IMG/VR virus record: IMGVR_UViG_3300037454_000941
Span: 10,063-74,062 of that record
Source of the DNA: a virus
Taxonomy: Duplodnaviria > Heunggongvirae > Uroviricota > Caudoviricetes
Reading direction: 5' to 3' (one strand)
Length of the DNA stretch: 64,000 nucleotides
Shown here: positions 9,897 through 20,469 of the stretch, piece after piece
Layout: each line of letters opens with the position of its first letter
How positions within the stretch are numbered: position 1 is the stretch's first letter
Translations under genes and position numbers: made by a program
Notes under the pieces: model-generated
What the model saw: only the letters and a program-made list of their open reading frames with translations
Databases searched by the model: none
Told to the model about the DNA's origin: nothing

Positions 9897-10235
9897 ATGG
9901 ATAAGTTTTTGTTATTTCTTGAGGGTTTTCGCGACGATGCCCCGGCTCTCTGTGACGGGGTGGCCAGAATATGGAAAGCGATCACGGAAGCCTCCGCGAC
10001 CGACGTTAACCCGGTTCAGAACATCCCGTCCCCCGGGACGTGCACCCAAGGAATAATCCCGAACCAGACGGGGAAGTCCGGCGATCCGTTCATCCAGTCC
10101 TTGATAGACCGTTCGTATTTCGGGCGGTTTGGACAAAGCCAGTGCGTCACTACCCCGGGGCGCACGACCCTTGGTATAATGGGTGGCGGCAACGACCGTC
10201 CCGGCAACGTATCCGCTACAGAGACGGGCGCTTAG
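9897..10235 (+). CDS. Small hypothetical protein, putative head-internal protein
   Basis: ATG 9897 follows an AATAAACT box; N-terminus MDKFLLFLEGFRDDAPALCDGVARIWKAITEAS. Confidence 0.55.
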   Translation: MDKFLLFLEGFRDDAPALCDGVARIWKAITEASATDVNPVQNIPSPGTCTQGIIPNQTGKSGDPFIQSLIDRSYFGRFGQSQCVTTPGRTTLGIMGGGNDRPGNVSATETGA

Positions 10236-11341
10236 ACAGCAAATACCCTGTATGAACCGAACCCGCTGTGCCGGATAACCGCATCAATCACCTGGTCGTA
10301 AGTAATCGACTCGATTTCCGTGTAATCCTTAATCAGATTTTCGCGGGTGTACAGTTCAGGCGATGCATACATCATGATGCGTTTCTGCTCCATCACCGTA
10401 CGGTACATGTGGTGAAACTCCGCAAACCGTTTCTTTGAGAGATAAGGAACCGGGTTTTCCAAGATGTTAAGCAGGACACCTATCGTTTCGGTGGCCTTTT
10501 TCGTCGAAGTTCCCGTGGTCACAATCGGAACTGCGATGTTGCGGAACGGGTGTATGAATGCGTCACAGCTGTAAACGAGTGGCCGCTTCCCCCTCAAACG
10601 ACGCATAATCACGCCATCATCGGCATTAAGCATGGTCAGCGCGACGTTCATCGCGGCGAAGTCAGCATCACACTTAATGGGTGCCGTCCCCATACACAGG
10701 ATGGTAGTGTATTCATCGCCGAAAGATACATCGGAGTCCTCGGGGTTCATGTTAATTTTCCCACTGAACGGAAGGATCTTCGGTGCCTTGCCATACTCGA
10801 TGTCGGGAAACTTGAGTTCCTCCGGTCCGATATACACGATTCTGGTCGGGTGGGGAATATACGTCGCATATTCCGTAACCGCCTGTTCATAATCAATCTT
10901 GGAGACATATGCCGGATCGTACGAGTGCTTAGTGAGCCCGTAGATTTTGTTCAGTGCGAGCCTTCCCAGGTACATGGCGGAATCAGCCTGCTCACCCGCA
11001 CACTCGTTGATGATGGCATCCCGTTCGCTACGGAATACCGCTCGCGAAATTTCGCTACTGCTGGCGCGGCGAATAACGTCAACCATAGCCGGCGCAATGG
11101 TACGCATCGCAGAAGCAGTACCCGTAAACGAGGCATAGACATGTTCCGGTGTAGTACAGAAGTCGTGGTCAATCGCGTTGCGGCGCAACGTGGAGCGGAC
11201 GCGGTCGAATGCCGACCCCAACAAGTGCTCAACCATGTGCGACATCCCATACCGCCCCCGCTTTTCATCAAGGGGGGACAAGTTGTCATACACGATGTGA
11301 AGTGATGCCATAGCAAACGGATTTACTTTCTGAGTCAGCAT
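10232..11341 (-). CDS. M16 family (insulinase-like) zinc peptidase
   Basis: Inverted zinc motif HMVEH, ERDAIINE, and C-terminal LRGKRPLVYS typical of M16. Confidence 0.85.
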   Translation of the reverse strand: MLTQKVNPFAMASLHIVYDNLSPLDEKRGRYGMSHMVEHLLGSAFDRVRSTLRRNAIDHDFCTTPEHVYASFTGTASAMRTIAPAMVDVIRRASSSEISRAVFRSERDAIINECAGEQADSAMYLGRLALNKIYGLTKHSYDPAYVSKIDYEQAVTEYATYIPHPTRIVYIGPEELKFPDIEYGKAPKILPFSGKINMNPEDSDVSFGDEYTTILCMGTAPIKCDADFAAMNVALTMLNADDGVIMRRLRGKRPLVYSCDAFIHPFRNIAVPIVTTGTSTKKATETIGVLLNILENPVPYLSKKRFAEFHHMYRTVMEQKRIMMYASPELYTRENLIKDYTEIESITYDQVIDAVIRHSGFGSYRVFAV

Positions 11342-11373
11342 AAATTCCTCTTTTTTGCATATATGTAGCAAAA

Positions 11374-11401
11374 ACGGCCCCCGGTGGCAACCGGGGGCCG
11401 T
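11374..11401 (-). terminator. Rho-independent terminator after the gp46-like gene
   Basis: acggcccccgg/ccgggggccgt stem followed by a T-run on the minus strand. Confidence 0.75.
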
Positions 11402-11418
11402 CCTCCTCCCCAAATACA

Positions 11419-13863
11419 CTAGGTGTCGGTAATCTCGCCCATGTGGGAATAGGTGCCGTCAAATGCAAGAGTAATCTTGTGGTCGAACATGTCGGCAACG
11501 ACTTCGCCACGATGGGTAATTACCACCACGCAACCGATTTCATCCACCATGGAACGTACCATGCCGAGCATCTCTCGCATGGCCGTGTTGTCGGTGGATA
11601 TGTCGAGCACCTCATCAAGCGACATGAAGTTTAAGTCAAAATTGCCCACCATCGACACGAAGTCACGGAATGCCATCGCAATGGCGAAACCGACCTTCCT
11701 CTGCTGACCCTGGGACAGCATGTCAAACGTGGGGGCATATCCCGGCGCACTGATGAACGTGTCCTTCATGGTTTCATCGAACGTGATGACAAATGGCAAG
11801 TTCGCCTTAAGCAGGTTCTTGCGAACGGATTCATTGAAGTGGTCAATATACAGCTGGTATATCATCTTCTTCATGCCATTTTCAGACAGCATTCCGGAGA
11901 TGTACTCACATGCCGCGATAGTCTTGCTGGCCTCGTGCCATTTGCCGATGGTGGCATCAAGTTCAACCTGCGCATCAGCCAGGCGCTTCTGGGTCATTGC
12001 AAGCGCATCCTCGTTGGTAGCATCCTTCACGCGCTGGATCTCGGCAGAAATACGGGCGATTTCCTGGTTCAACTGGTTGACCGAACCCGTTATTGCAGAA
12101 TACTCGCCGTTCTTGGCGGAATATGCGTTATACAGGGTCTGCCAGTCGTTTCGCACCGTGGCAATCCGCTCCTTTTCCGCCCTGAGCCTGGCCTCTTCGC
12201 TGACAAAAGCGTCGACATTGATGCCTGTCTGGGCGATAACCGATTCCGCTGACGCAATCTTGGCATTCAGTTGATCTATACTGGCCTTGGCCGGTATTAC
12301 GGTTTCGTTGTATATTCTTCCAAATTCGCTGAGCCGGCAGTTGAGATTCTGGATCTCGGCATTATGTGCCTGAATCTGGGTGCGAAGCGTTTGGGCATTG
12401 GCATTGAGATCCTGTATCTCCAATCTGAGCGTTTCCTTGGCCCCCTGTTCAGCCTCAATCTCGGAATCGATGCGAGAAATCTTCTCGTTCAGGGAAGCAA
12501 CCTGCTCGTTGAGTCCCGAAACCTGCCCCTTCAAAGCGACATACTTCTGTCGAAGTTCAACCTTCTGCGCCTCAATCTGTTGCTTGCTGCGCTCAACATC
12601 ATTTTCGTCAGTCGGCTTGCCGCATGTCGGACACGGGATTCCGATTTCGATCGGTTTGAGATTCTTCGCCTGGGCGGTAATGTCGTTCATCTGGTTGGAA
12701 AGCTGGGTCGCCTGGAATTCCATATTGCGTATGCTGACCTCGGCATTTCCTCTCTCGCGCGTGAGCGTATTTATCTTGGCATCGTGCGCCATGATCGTCG
12801 AGTTGGTCGCGGCAATCCGTGATTCGATTGTTCCGATTTCATTATTAACACCCAAAATGCTGGATTGTATCTCGTTAATCTGGCGTTTAACGTCATCCAC
12901 CGGGAGTTCGGCATACTTCTTGTTCGCCGCATCGAATTCAGACTGGGCAACGGCCAGGTCGGCGCGATATTGCTGCAGCAACCCCACCTGCATCCGGGCA
13001 TTCGAAATCCCAGCAATCCTGCGGTCAATATCCGGTTCGGTGTCGATAACGGCCTTCAATTCCCCCAGACTCTTTTCCATACCCGCCATTTCTTCGCGGA
13101 TAGATTGTGCGCGGGCACCCTGTTGCGCGGCTTCGGCCTTCTTTTCATCGACCGTCGCCTCCATCTGCGCGATATTGGTCTTCTTTTCCTCTTCCATGCG
13201 CGCTATGATGGAATGCAGGTTGGAAATCTCGCCTTCAATGCGGTCCTTGTCATTAGTCGCGAGTTCAAAGTTGGCCTTGGCCAGTGAAAGTTCCTTGTTG
13301 TTTTCTTTCTTCAACCGCTCCGTATTGCACATGATAATCGAGTCGGTTAACTTGCGGCGGTCAACCGGCTCCTGTGAGATGAACGGCTCGAACTCCTGGG
13401 TGTTCATCGCGACCATGTTCTTGAACAAAAGGATATCGAGATGCAGTATGTCATTTTCAAAATCCTTCTGCGTGAACCCGGCCCGCTTGTTCTGCTGAAC
13501 CCACTTGTCGCCATCCTTCTTTTCGAGTACAAACTTAGACGTGCCCTTTGGATCGATGCTACGACGAATGAAATATTCCTCGTGCGACTTGCCTTGTTCC
13601 CGATCAAACTCAAGTGTCACTTCCGTGGTGGCTTCGGTATTGAGGGTGTTGCGCAGTTCGGCCAGCGTGCCGCCTCGGTATGATTTGCCGAAGAACGCGA
13701 ACGTAATCGCTTCAACTATGGTGGACTTTCCACATCCGTTCGGTGCGGAAAGCCAGTTCATCCCTTCGAGGAAGGGGAACTCGTTCACGTTGTTCCCATA
13801 AGACATGAAATTGCGAATTGTCGCACGCTTCAGAATAATCTTGTTCTTTGAATCAGTATGCAT
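11419..13863 (-). CDS. Recombination ATPase subunit, T4 gp46/Rad50/SbcC-like
   Basis: NFMSYGN, Walker A APNGCGKS, long coiled coil with CPTC zinc hook, signature LSQGQ, LDEVLD, ITH. Confidence 0.95.
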   Translation of the reverse strand: MHTDSKNKIILKRATIRNFMSYGNNVNEFPFLEGMNWLSAPNGCGKSTIVEAITFAFFGKSYRGGTLAELRNTLNTEATTEVTLEFDREQGKSHEEYFIRRSIDPKGTSKFVLEKKDGDKWVQQNKRAGFTQKDFENDILHLDILLFKNMVAMNTQEFEPFISQEPVDRRKLTDSIIMCNTERLKKENNKELSLAKANFELATNDKDRIEGEISNLHSIIARMEEEKKTNIAQMEATVDEKKAEAAQQGARAQSIREEMAGMEKSLGELKAVIDTEPDIDRRIAGISNARMQVGLLQQYRADLAVAQSEFDAANKKYAELPVDDVKRQINEIQSSILGVNNEIGTIESRIAATNSTIMAHDAKINTLTRERGNAEVSIRNMEFQATQLSNQMNDITAQAKNLKPIEIGIPCPTCGKPTDENDVERSKQQIEAQKVELRQKYVALKGQVSGLNEQVASLNEKISRIDSEIEAEQGAKETLRLEIQDLNANAQTLRTQIQAHNAEIQNLNCRLSEFGRIYNETVIPAKASIDQLNAKIASAESVIAQTGINVDAFVSEEARLRAEKERIATVRNDWQTLYNAYSAKNGEYSAITGSVNQLNQEIARISAEIQRVKDATNEDALAMTQKRLADAQVELDATIGKWHEASKTIAACEYISGMLSENGMKKMIYQLYIDHFNESVRKNLLKANLPFVITFDETMKDTFISAPGYAPTFDMLSQGQQRKVGFAIAMAFRDFVSMVGNFDLNFMSLDEVLDISTDNTAMREMLGMVRSMVDEIGCVVVITHRGEVVADMFDHKITLAFDGTYSHMGEITDT

Positions 13864-14033
13864 ACCCGAAATATAGCAAAAAATCCCCGCGATTGCAGGG
13901 ATTTTTGAATCTTCCGGCATTTGCCGACTAATCGTCCGAAAACAGGCCGATTGCGGCGGAAATGCCAATTATGATGACCACCGCCGATTCAAGGACGATG
14001 ATCAGCGGCAGCTTTACAAGGAATTTTAGCGCC

Positions 14034-15665
14034 TCACGCACCGGCATTATCCTTTTTTTCCACGTCGGCGGCATGCTTTAGTAGGGAATCGGTTGATGTG
14101 TTGCTGATGAGGTCGCTTTCCACGATGTTAATGTTGAAGTCATTCACATCGGGTATCGTGGGTTCAGGTACCGTATTTACGGGCGGCGTTTCGGAACCCA
14201 CCCCGATTTCGCCGGCCTCGATACCAATCACCCGCGCTTTCAACGCCTTGGACTTCTTCTCTTTCTTGCCGCCTTTCTTGTTGGTGCCAGCCTTTTTTGC
14301 ACGACGCTCTTCCTCGAATGCATCAATTTCCTGCTGTTCAAGCTGAGTCAACTTGTTGCTGTTTACCGACTCGTTGAATTGGGCAGCCAAGTCCTCGACA
14401 TTATCCGACTCGGTCAAGGTCAGCGTAATGTCCGGATCGGCATCCGTTTCTCCCTCGGCCTCACCCTCGCCCTCCTTCGGAATATCGAGTACCGGGAGTA
14501 CCTTCACCATCCGCGCATAGGTGGTCGGCTTAATGAGCATCGTCTTGCAAATTTCCTCCTCGGTCTTCCCCTCGTCGAGAAGATCGCGGAGCCATGTGTA
14601 TGACGTATCGGACTGAATGATGGCCTCCCGCTCGAACTGGAACACCGTTTCCAGTGCCTCCTTGTCTATATCCGGATAGGTTTTCATCAATTCATTCAGG
14701 ATATCGTCAAAATACTTCCCCGACAATATCATCTTGCAGATTCGAACCTTAGACACGGGAAGTTTCTGCTCGGCAAGTTCCTCGGCGCTGGGGTCATGCT
14801 CCTGACGTGGTTCATCCGGTTCCTGGCCGGCATCAGGGATTATGTCCTTGGCGAAGGTGACCTCGGTTTCCGGGTTGACCGGGACTCGAATGAGCAGACT
14901 TCTCGCTTCTTGCATGGAGAGGTCCTGGATGTCGAATCCCCTCGGCACGGCATTTTCCGCGAAATTCATTTCGAATCCGCTACGCGGACAGAACTTGTAG
15001 ATACGGGCCCGATAGCGCATCGGGGAGAAACTCTTGGATTGAATGTAACGTTCGAACTCTTCCGGCACAAGCCGGGTGCCGTTGGCATCTACCCACCTCG
15101 TCGGATCGCTCGGCACTAGCCGGCTCGCGAGCGGCATCTTGTTGCTGGTGATGCGGAAGAATGTGGCACCCCCGTTCGGGCACACTTCTATCGGGGGAAG
15201 GAAGCCTTCCGGTTCACGGCGGATATGGGTAAAGCAGTCAATCTGGGTACCGACACGGCTCTTCATCGGCTCCTTGGAGGAAATATGCTTCGAGTAAAGA
15301 GTGCATGCGGTAGCGCCACTCCGATCAAGGTCGCCAAAAACGAAATCCTTGATATTGCGGTACAGCTTGGGTTCAAGCCAGATGAATTCGTCATCCGACA
15401 GGCAGATGGCCCAGGATGGCTGCTTGCGCCGGGCAACGAACCGCTCGACGATATCCGACTTGTACGTCCAGTTGGCCTCGCCCGGAACGACCACCACGTC
15501 ATGTTCCTTCCTGCGCTCACAGACCCCGTTCAGCCAGTCATGTTTTCCGTTGTTGAATACGAATATCGCATCAAACCCAAGTGCGATATGGTAGTCAAGC
15601 CATTCAGCAAAGTCGAGTTCGTTCCCGTTTACCTGGACCAGGCAATGGACGTTCATCATTATCAA
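14034..15665 (-). CDS. GT-A (GT92/GT2-like) glycosyltransferase-like domain fused to HTH-like and acidic regions
   Basis: EWLDYHIALGFDAIFVFNN and WAICLSDDEF resemble GT92/Glyco_tranf_2_4 motifs; later LLDEGKTEEEICKTMLIKPTTYARM is HTH-like. Confidence 0.6.
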   Translation of the reverse strand: MIMMNVHCLVQVNGNELDFAEWLDYHIALGFDAIFVFNNGKHDWLNGVCERRKEHDVVVVPGEANWTYKSDIVERFVARRKQPSWAICLSDDEFIWLEPKLYRNIKDFVFGDLDRSGATACTLYSKHISSKEPMKSRVGTQIDCFTHIRREPEGFLPPIEVCPNGGATFFRITSNKMPLASRLVPSDPTRWVDANGTRLVPEEFERYIQSKSFSPMRYRARIYKFCPRSGFEMNFAENAVPRGFDIQDLSMQEARSLLIRVPVNPETEVTFAKDIIPDAGQEPDEPRQEHDPSAEELAEQKLPVSKVRICKMILSGKYFDDILNELMKTYPDIDKEALETVFQFEREAIIQSDTSYTWLRDLLDEGKTEEEICKTMLIKPTTYARMVKVLPVLDIPKEGEGEAEGETDADPDITLTLTESDNVEDLAAQFNESVNSNKLTQLEQQEIDAFEEERRAKKAGTNKKGGKKEKKSKALKARVIGIEAGEIGVGSETPPVNTVPEPTIPDVNDFNINIVESDLISNTSTDSLLKHAADVEKKDNAGA

Positions 15666-15714
15666 TCCTCCGATAAAGCTTTTACGTGTTGAAAACTATA
15701 TCGGAATGGCGTAC

Positions 15715-16509
15715 TTAGGCCAACCCAAGTTTTTCGGATAGATACTTGTACAACCGCATCGCCCTCGGTTGCTTTTCCGGGGTCATGACGACCGCGCCTT
15801 CGTAGCCCGACTTCAAGCTGAACTTGCCGGTCACCGAGTAGGCGGCGCCATCCTTGACGACAAGGCTGTTGACTTCCATATACCCGTCACCCATGCGGCG
15901 GAGTTCCCCTATCCGGATAACCACCTCAAAATACTCCGGGTCACGGTGATAGGCCACGTGGACGCTATTGCCGACATCAACCGTGCTCTCCAAGACAAAC
16001 CCCTGGGCGGGATGCAGGAATGCGGAAAGCACATATTCAGGAAGATCGTCTTCGTCCATTCGACGGGATACTTCCTTTGCGGGTAGCGGCAGGATGAAAT
16101 TGGGCTCATCTTTGACCTGCCCCTCGATTGTAAACGTTTTGTTTACATTGGCCACGTCGGCATTCCTTGCATTCGTGACACCAAGGGGAACGGGGCGCAT
16201 GTTTAGGTCGCCGAACCCATTGCCGGCAAAATTGACCTGCACGACACCTTCATTGATTGCATCAATGAATCCCTTGGTCCAATCATTGTCCTTCATCGCC
16301 TCTTTTAGCTGAGAAAGAAATTGTTCCTTGTCTTCCGGATTCTTGAACTCATGCATCGCGGGCACATCCTTGAGACGCACGTTCTTATCCACGGGTACTG
16401 TCGCCAACAAAGGCGATACCGGAGAATCGCCCGATACAGTTGATTTCCCCTTGGCCTTGGCACCATTTTTCTTGGTGGAAACCTTCTTGGTATTATTCTT
16501 CGAAGCCAT
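15715..16509 (-). CDS. Hypothetical protein
   Basis: 264 aa, strong RBS (GGAGGT), Lys-rich N-terminus. Confidence 0.7.
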   Translation of the reverse strand: MASKNNTKKVSTKKNGAKAKGKSTVSGDSPVSPLLATVPVDKNVRLKDVPAMHEFKNPEDKEQFLSQLKEAMKDNDWTKGFIDAINEGVVQVNFAGNGFGDLNMRPVPLGVTNARNADVANVNKTFTIEGQVKDEPNFILPLPAKEVSRRMDEDDLPEYVLSAFLHPAQGFVLESTVDVGNSVHVAYHRDPEYFEVVIRIGELRRMGDGYMEVNSLVVKDGAAYSVTGKFSLKSGYEGAVVMTPEKQPRAMRLYKYLSEKLGLA

Positions 16510-16520
16510 TGCTGCACCTC

Positions 16521-17933
16521 CTATAAAAGTTTGCCAATATCCGTGATCGGATCAATATCATTTACCGTAAACCCGCTGTACGCACGCCGCATACCGGTGT
16601 TGTCCGGCTCGGCTTCACTTTTGGGTATTGGCACGTACACCATCCCGTTCGACTGGGACACCTCGGGCATCTCGACCGGCATCCGTCTTGCGGCCATTTC
16701 GGCTGGGATCATGGTACGGTACCCATAGCTGCGCATATTCTGCATGAGTTCCTTGTAGTAATCCTCAACTTGCCAGAAGTCCAGGAGTTCAAACCCGCAC
16801 AGGTTTGGTTCGGGTCTTGACAGCTCGGCATCAAGGGACATCGACACGGTCTCCGGGACACATGACAAGTCGATGAGCCTTCGGTTCCGCATGTATTGGT
16901 CGCCCCATCCGTTATTCTTGGCCACGTCGTATACATTCGGAAAACGCTCCAGGAACTTGGCCGCCGTCGGGGGACCGAACTGGTTCTTTACGGTAAAATC
17001 AAGCTCGCCGGTCTTCTGCTTGATGAACGCCATGCCGTTAATGTTGTCGGAGTCATCGCCGGCAAGAACCTTGACATCAAGATACTTTGCCGGATCGTCG
17101 ACGGTCATGAAGTTAAACTGTATATGGTCGAATATGCGCACATGGGAGAACCCGATCTGCAGCATATCGCTATCGTGAGTCACTACGATGACATCGTCGC
17201 ACACGTCGCGGAACTTCTTGGCGGCGGCATATATCACATCGTCGCCCTCCGCCCCGGGACATTCGACCGCCCTGGCGCGGAACAACGGCGCCAGCTCCTT
17301 GGCAAACTGCTCCTTGTATTTGCGCCACACCTTTCGATCTATGGAGAACGGCCATTCGTTCTTGGAGCGAGTGCCCTTGTATGCCGGAATTATCGGATCG
17401 CCTTTCGCCGTCTTCACGCCCCACAACATATCCTGGACCCGTTGCGGGAATTCATTCAGCTTCATGTGCGCGAGGGATTCCAGCTTGGGCATGTTGTCCA
17501 CAGAGATCGGCTTTACGATGAACTGGCCGTCAATCGCCTTCTGGACTTCGTATGCCTTGTTGTCCGACTTGACAAAATATGCACGCTTCTCCGGGGACGT
17601 GATGTAGTATACCGTAGAATGTTCCCCGTAATATTCCCTTACCACCTCATTGCGCCAGGAGTTCTTCCCTTCCAGCGCGAATACGAGGTGCATCGGATTG
17701 AAGAGGCTGATCAGTTTGAGCAGTTCCTCAATCATGAACGTCCTCCAGAGGCGGACCTCCCCTTCCGCGCCCTGAAAGCCGTATTTTTCACGATTTTTTG
17801 CCGTATTGAGCGAAAATATCTGATGATAGGCCAACGAGGCCCAGTCAACAATCAAGCAACGGTTATTCACCTGCCTGTATGAACGTAACGGCGGGATACT
17901 ATTTGTCAGACTCGGTTGCTTCTTCTTTGCCAT
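16521..17933 (-). CDS. rnh: RNase H / 5'-3' flap exonuclease (T4 rnh-like)
   Basis: LIVDW, YKGTR, AEGDDVI, THDSDMLQ, LAGDDSDNING and RNRRLIDL motifs of the FEN/5' nuclease family. Confidence 0.9.
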   Translation of the reverse strand: MAKKKQPSLTNSIPPLRSYRQVNNRCLIVDWASLAYHQIFSLNTAKNREKYGFQGAEGEVRLWRTFMIEELLKLISLFNPMHLVFALEGKNSWRNEVVREYYGEHSTVYYITSPEKRAYFVKSDNKAYEVQKAIDGQFIVKPISVDNMPKLESLAHMKLNEFPQRVQDMLWGVKTAKGDPIIPAYKGTRSKNEWPFSIDRKVWRKYKEQFAKELAPLFRARAVECPGAEGDDVIYAAAKKFRDVCDDVIVVTHDSDMLQIGFSHVRIFDHIQFNFMTVDDPAKYLDVKVLAGDDSDNINGMAFIKQKTGELDFTVKNQFGPPTAAKFLERFPNVYDVAKNNGWGDQYMRNRRLIDLSCVPETVSMSLDAELSRPEPNLCGFELLDFWQVEDYYKELMQNMRSYGYRTMIPAEMAARRMPVEMPEVSQSNGMVYVPIPKSEAEPDNTGMRRAYSGFTVNDIDPITDIGKLL

Positions 17934-18001
17934 CTCGTGAACAAATATAGCAAATACTTCAGAAAAATGCCAAAATATGCAAAAATATTAACCCAGACCA
18001 G

Positions 18002-18085
18002 ATATCAACAAAATATACAACTTATTAACACTATATTCACCGTATATCGCCAATCTATCAACAACTTATCAACAATCTATTCACT
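18002..18085. repeat. Array of DnaA-box-like 9-mers with 11-bp period
   Basis: atatcaaca 18002, then ttattaaca 18022, atattcacc 18033, atatcgcca 18044, ctatcaaca 18055, ttatcaaca 18066, ctattcact 18077. Confidence 0.75.
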
Positions 18086-19997
18086 CTCGTGTAAATTTTC
18101 GTACATATGGCAGATTCGTCTGCGCCATCTCCCTCGCCTTGTTCAGCCGTTCGGCCTTCTCAGCCGCCTCCTGCCGATGCTTCTTGATGTCCTCCGGCGT
18201 AAGGGTTGCCTCGTAGATCCCGTCCAGGTGGAATTCCTCCATTGGAATGTCCTCGGCATCGTAGTACGTCATGCGGAACCGCGAGTGTTTCAACATATAG
18301 TTGAATTTCTGTTCCATCCCGCTCCCGTCGCGCTTGCGTGTCCAGCAGTTGGCGTCATCGACAATGTCGAACACCTGCGCGAGCGTCTTGTTGGGGTGCT
18401 TCCTGACAATGCGACCGACCGACTGCATCACCTTGTACATCGATTTCGCCGGCTCCGCCAACACGAGGTTGTGCAGCAGCTTGATGTTGACGCCCTGCTT
18501 CATGCACCCGTATGTGGCGATGAGGATGTTACCGACGCTATCTTCGAGCATGTGACGGATTTCCTCGCGCTCGGCGGCATTGATTTCGCCTTCGATCACG
18601 TGGTAGTGATACTGTGGGAACCGTTTCGACAGGTAGTCGTGCAAATCATGGAGCCGGTCAAGCCCGTCATACAGGATCACCGTGTTCTCGGTCTGCTTCA
18701 AGGCGTTGCCCGAATCGATTAGCATCGATATGACATCCTTGCGCGAACTGTTCCCCAGAACGAGGGCCCGCTCGTCCGGATACTTGGAATAACATAGGCT
18801 GTACCTGGTCTTCGGGGGGTACGGCACATACAGGAAGTTGACCTTCACCGGGGTCAGCAGACCTTTCGCGATGAGTTCCCTCAGGTGAACCACGTCATAC
18901 ACCGGGCCCAGCTGTGACTCGATGTTACATGCGTCGATGAAATCGGCGCTGTCAGTCATGTCATCGGGCGCAAACGTGATGCCGATTTCCCCGTTCCTTG
19001 CACGGTTGTCCTTTGACGGCTTCACCAGCGGGAGCGTCCCCGAGACGCCGACCTTGAACCCGTTCGCGTTGACACACCATTCCAGCTCGGCCCTCAGCAC
19101 CTTGCCCTTCATCCCGTGCGCCTCGTCGACGAGCACCGCATCGAACACCTTGAAGAAACCCTTGTGCTTGTGCTGCAATGTCTGCCAAGTCGATATGGTG
19201 ATGTCCTTGAGAAGCGACTCCTCGCCTATTGACGCCTTGCGCAATTCTTCCAGCTTCTTTTTCGAGATGCGGTCGGACGACTCGCCATGCAGCAAGGTAC
19301 AGTGCTCCCTGGCCTCGTCCCACCCATAATCCTGGTAGAAGTTGTCATATAGCTGCTCGACCAGGCCCTTGCTCGGTACGATAACCAGGACCTTCCGGTG
19401 TTCCTTCTCGACAAGGTAGCGCGCGATTATCATGATCGACACCGACTTGCCCGCGGACGTGCATGCGAACAGACAGCACCTACGCTTGTTCAGCGCAAGT
19501 TCAACGAGCCGATACTGGTGTTCGTACGGGGTGAGGCGGAACGCCTCCTTGCTGACCTTGCCCCCCTTGGCGAGCGCCTTTTCATATTCGCCGCGATTCC
19601 AGATATTCAGGGATTCCGCATAGGCCTTGATATCCTCCAACGGTATGGGACCATCCGGGGGAGAATACATCTGCCGGATTTCATTGGTTATGGAAATCCC
19701 GACCCTGTCCCCGTACTGCATCTTGAGGTAATCCCTCGCCCGGGCGACCATGCCGGTAGGAATCCACCCGTGGGACAGGTCGTAAAATTCTTCGTACGGC
19801 TTGGCACCGTTGATATGGTGCTTCACTTCCCAGGAACGCTTCTTGGATTCGCTAAAATACGTGAATGCTGAATTCAAAAACGTATGGACTGTGCTCGGGT
19901 TGAATCCCGGGCGGTCGGAATACACACGAACGGAAGCATGGGAGGCATCCCCCACGCCAAACTGCACTATCATGTCGTATTTCTTTTCTTCCGCCAT
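18081..19997 (-). CDS. uvsW: SF2 DNA helicase UvsW
   Basis: PYEHQ, CTSAGKS, VDEAH, SGT, QGVNIKLLHNLVLAEP and QSVGRIVR, matching T4 UvsW. Confidence 0.93.
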   Translation of the reverse strand: MAEEKKYDMIVQFGVGDASHASVRVYSDRPGFNPSTVHTFLNSAFTYFSESKKRSWEVKHHINGAKPYEEFYDLSHGWIPTGMVARARDYLKMQYGDRVGISITNEIRQMYSPPDGPIPLEDIKAYAESLNIWNRGEYEKALAKGGKVSKEAFRLTPYEHQYRLVELALNKRRCCLFACTSAGKSVSIMIIARYLVEKEHRKVLVIVPSKGLVEQLYDNFYQDYGWDEAREHCTLLHGESSDRISKKKLEELRKASIGEESLLKDITISTWQTLQHKHKGFFKVFDAVLVDEAHGMKGKVLRAELEWCVNANGFKVGVSGTLPLVKPSKDNRARNGEIGITFAPDDMTDSADFIDACNIESQLGPVYDVVHLRELIAKGLLTPVKVNFLYVPYPPKTRYSLCYSKYPDERALVLGNSSRKDVISMLIDSGNALKQTENTVILYDGLDRLHDLHDYLSKRFPQYHYHVIEGEINAAEREEIRHMLEDSVGNILIATYGCMKQGVNIKLLHNLVLAEPAKSMYKVMQSVGRIVRKHPNKTLAQVFDIVDDANCWTRKRDGSGMEQKFNYMLKHSRFRMTYYDAEDIPMEEFHLDGIYEATLTPEDIKKHRQEAAEKAERLNKAREMAQTNLPYVRKFTRE

Positions 19998-20001
19998 ACG
20001 G

Positions 20002-20469
20002 TCAGATCCTGTACCGGTGTCCCCTCGGCTCCGCTATCGACGACTGTGGCCGCGGTACCGAGTCAGCCGACGCGACCCATGCGGCGGAAATGTCGCCCGG
20101 ACGTTCAGACACAAACCACACCAGCACCTTGTAGGTTGCACCCGGTCTCAGGAACCCGCCCGTCGAGGACAGGATCCACGTGTTGTCGCCCGAGCGTTCG
20201 GTAGGAAGTATTTCCCCCTCGGCATTGAGTTCAGCTTCAATCGCCGCCAGTGTCTTGGCGGTTACCATCGAGGAATCGAGACCGTCGGCCACGCCGTCCT
20301 GTTCCACGGATCCGGACACGGCGAACGTGACTCCCTTCTCGTGAATGACGGGATACGCATCGATTTCCATCGACGGGGTGTTCATCCCAAGCGCCCATTC
20401 GGTGGGGGAATATACCTCCACCCGGACCTTCTTCTCGGTTGCATGAATGTTCACACGTTCTTCGCTCAT
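20002..20469 (-). CDS. Hypothetical beta-rich protein
   Basis: Start placed at ATG 20469, just after a TTTTGCTAAATT promoter-like box. Confidence 0.55.
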   Translation of the reverse strand: MSEERVNIHATEKKVRVEVYSPTEWALGMNTPSMEIDAYPVIHEKGVTFAVSGSVEQDGVADGLDSSMVTAKTLAAIEAELNAEGEILPTERSGDNTWILSSTGGFLRPGATYKVLVWFVSERPGDISAAWVASADSVPRPQSSIAEPRGHRYRI

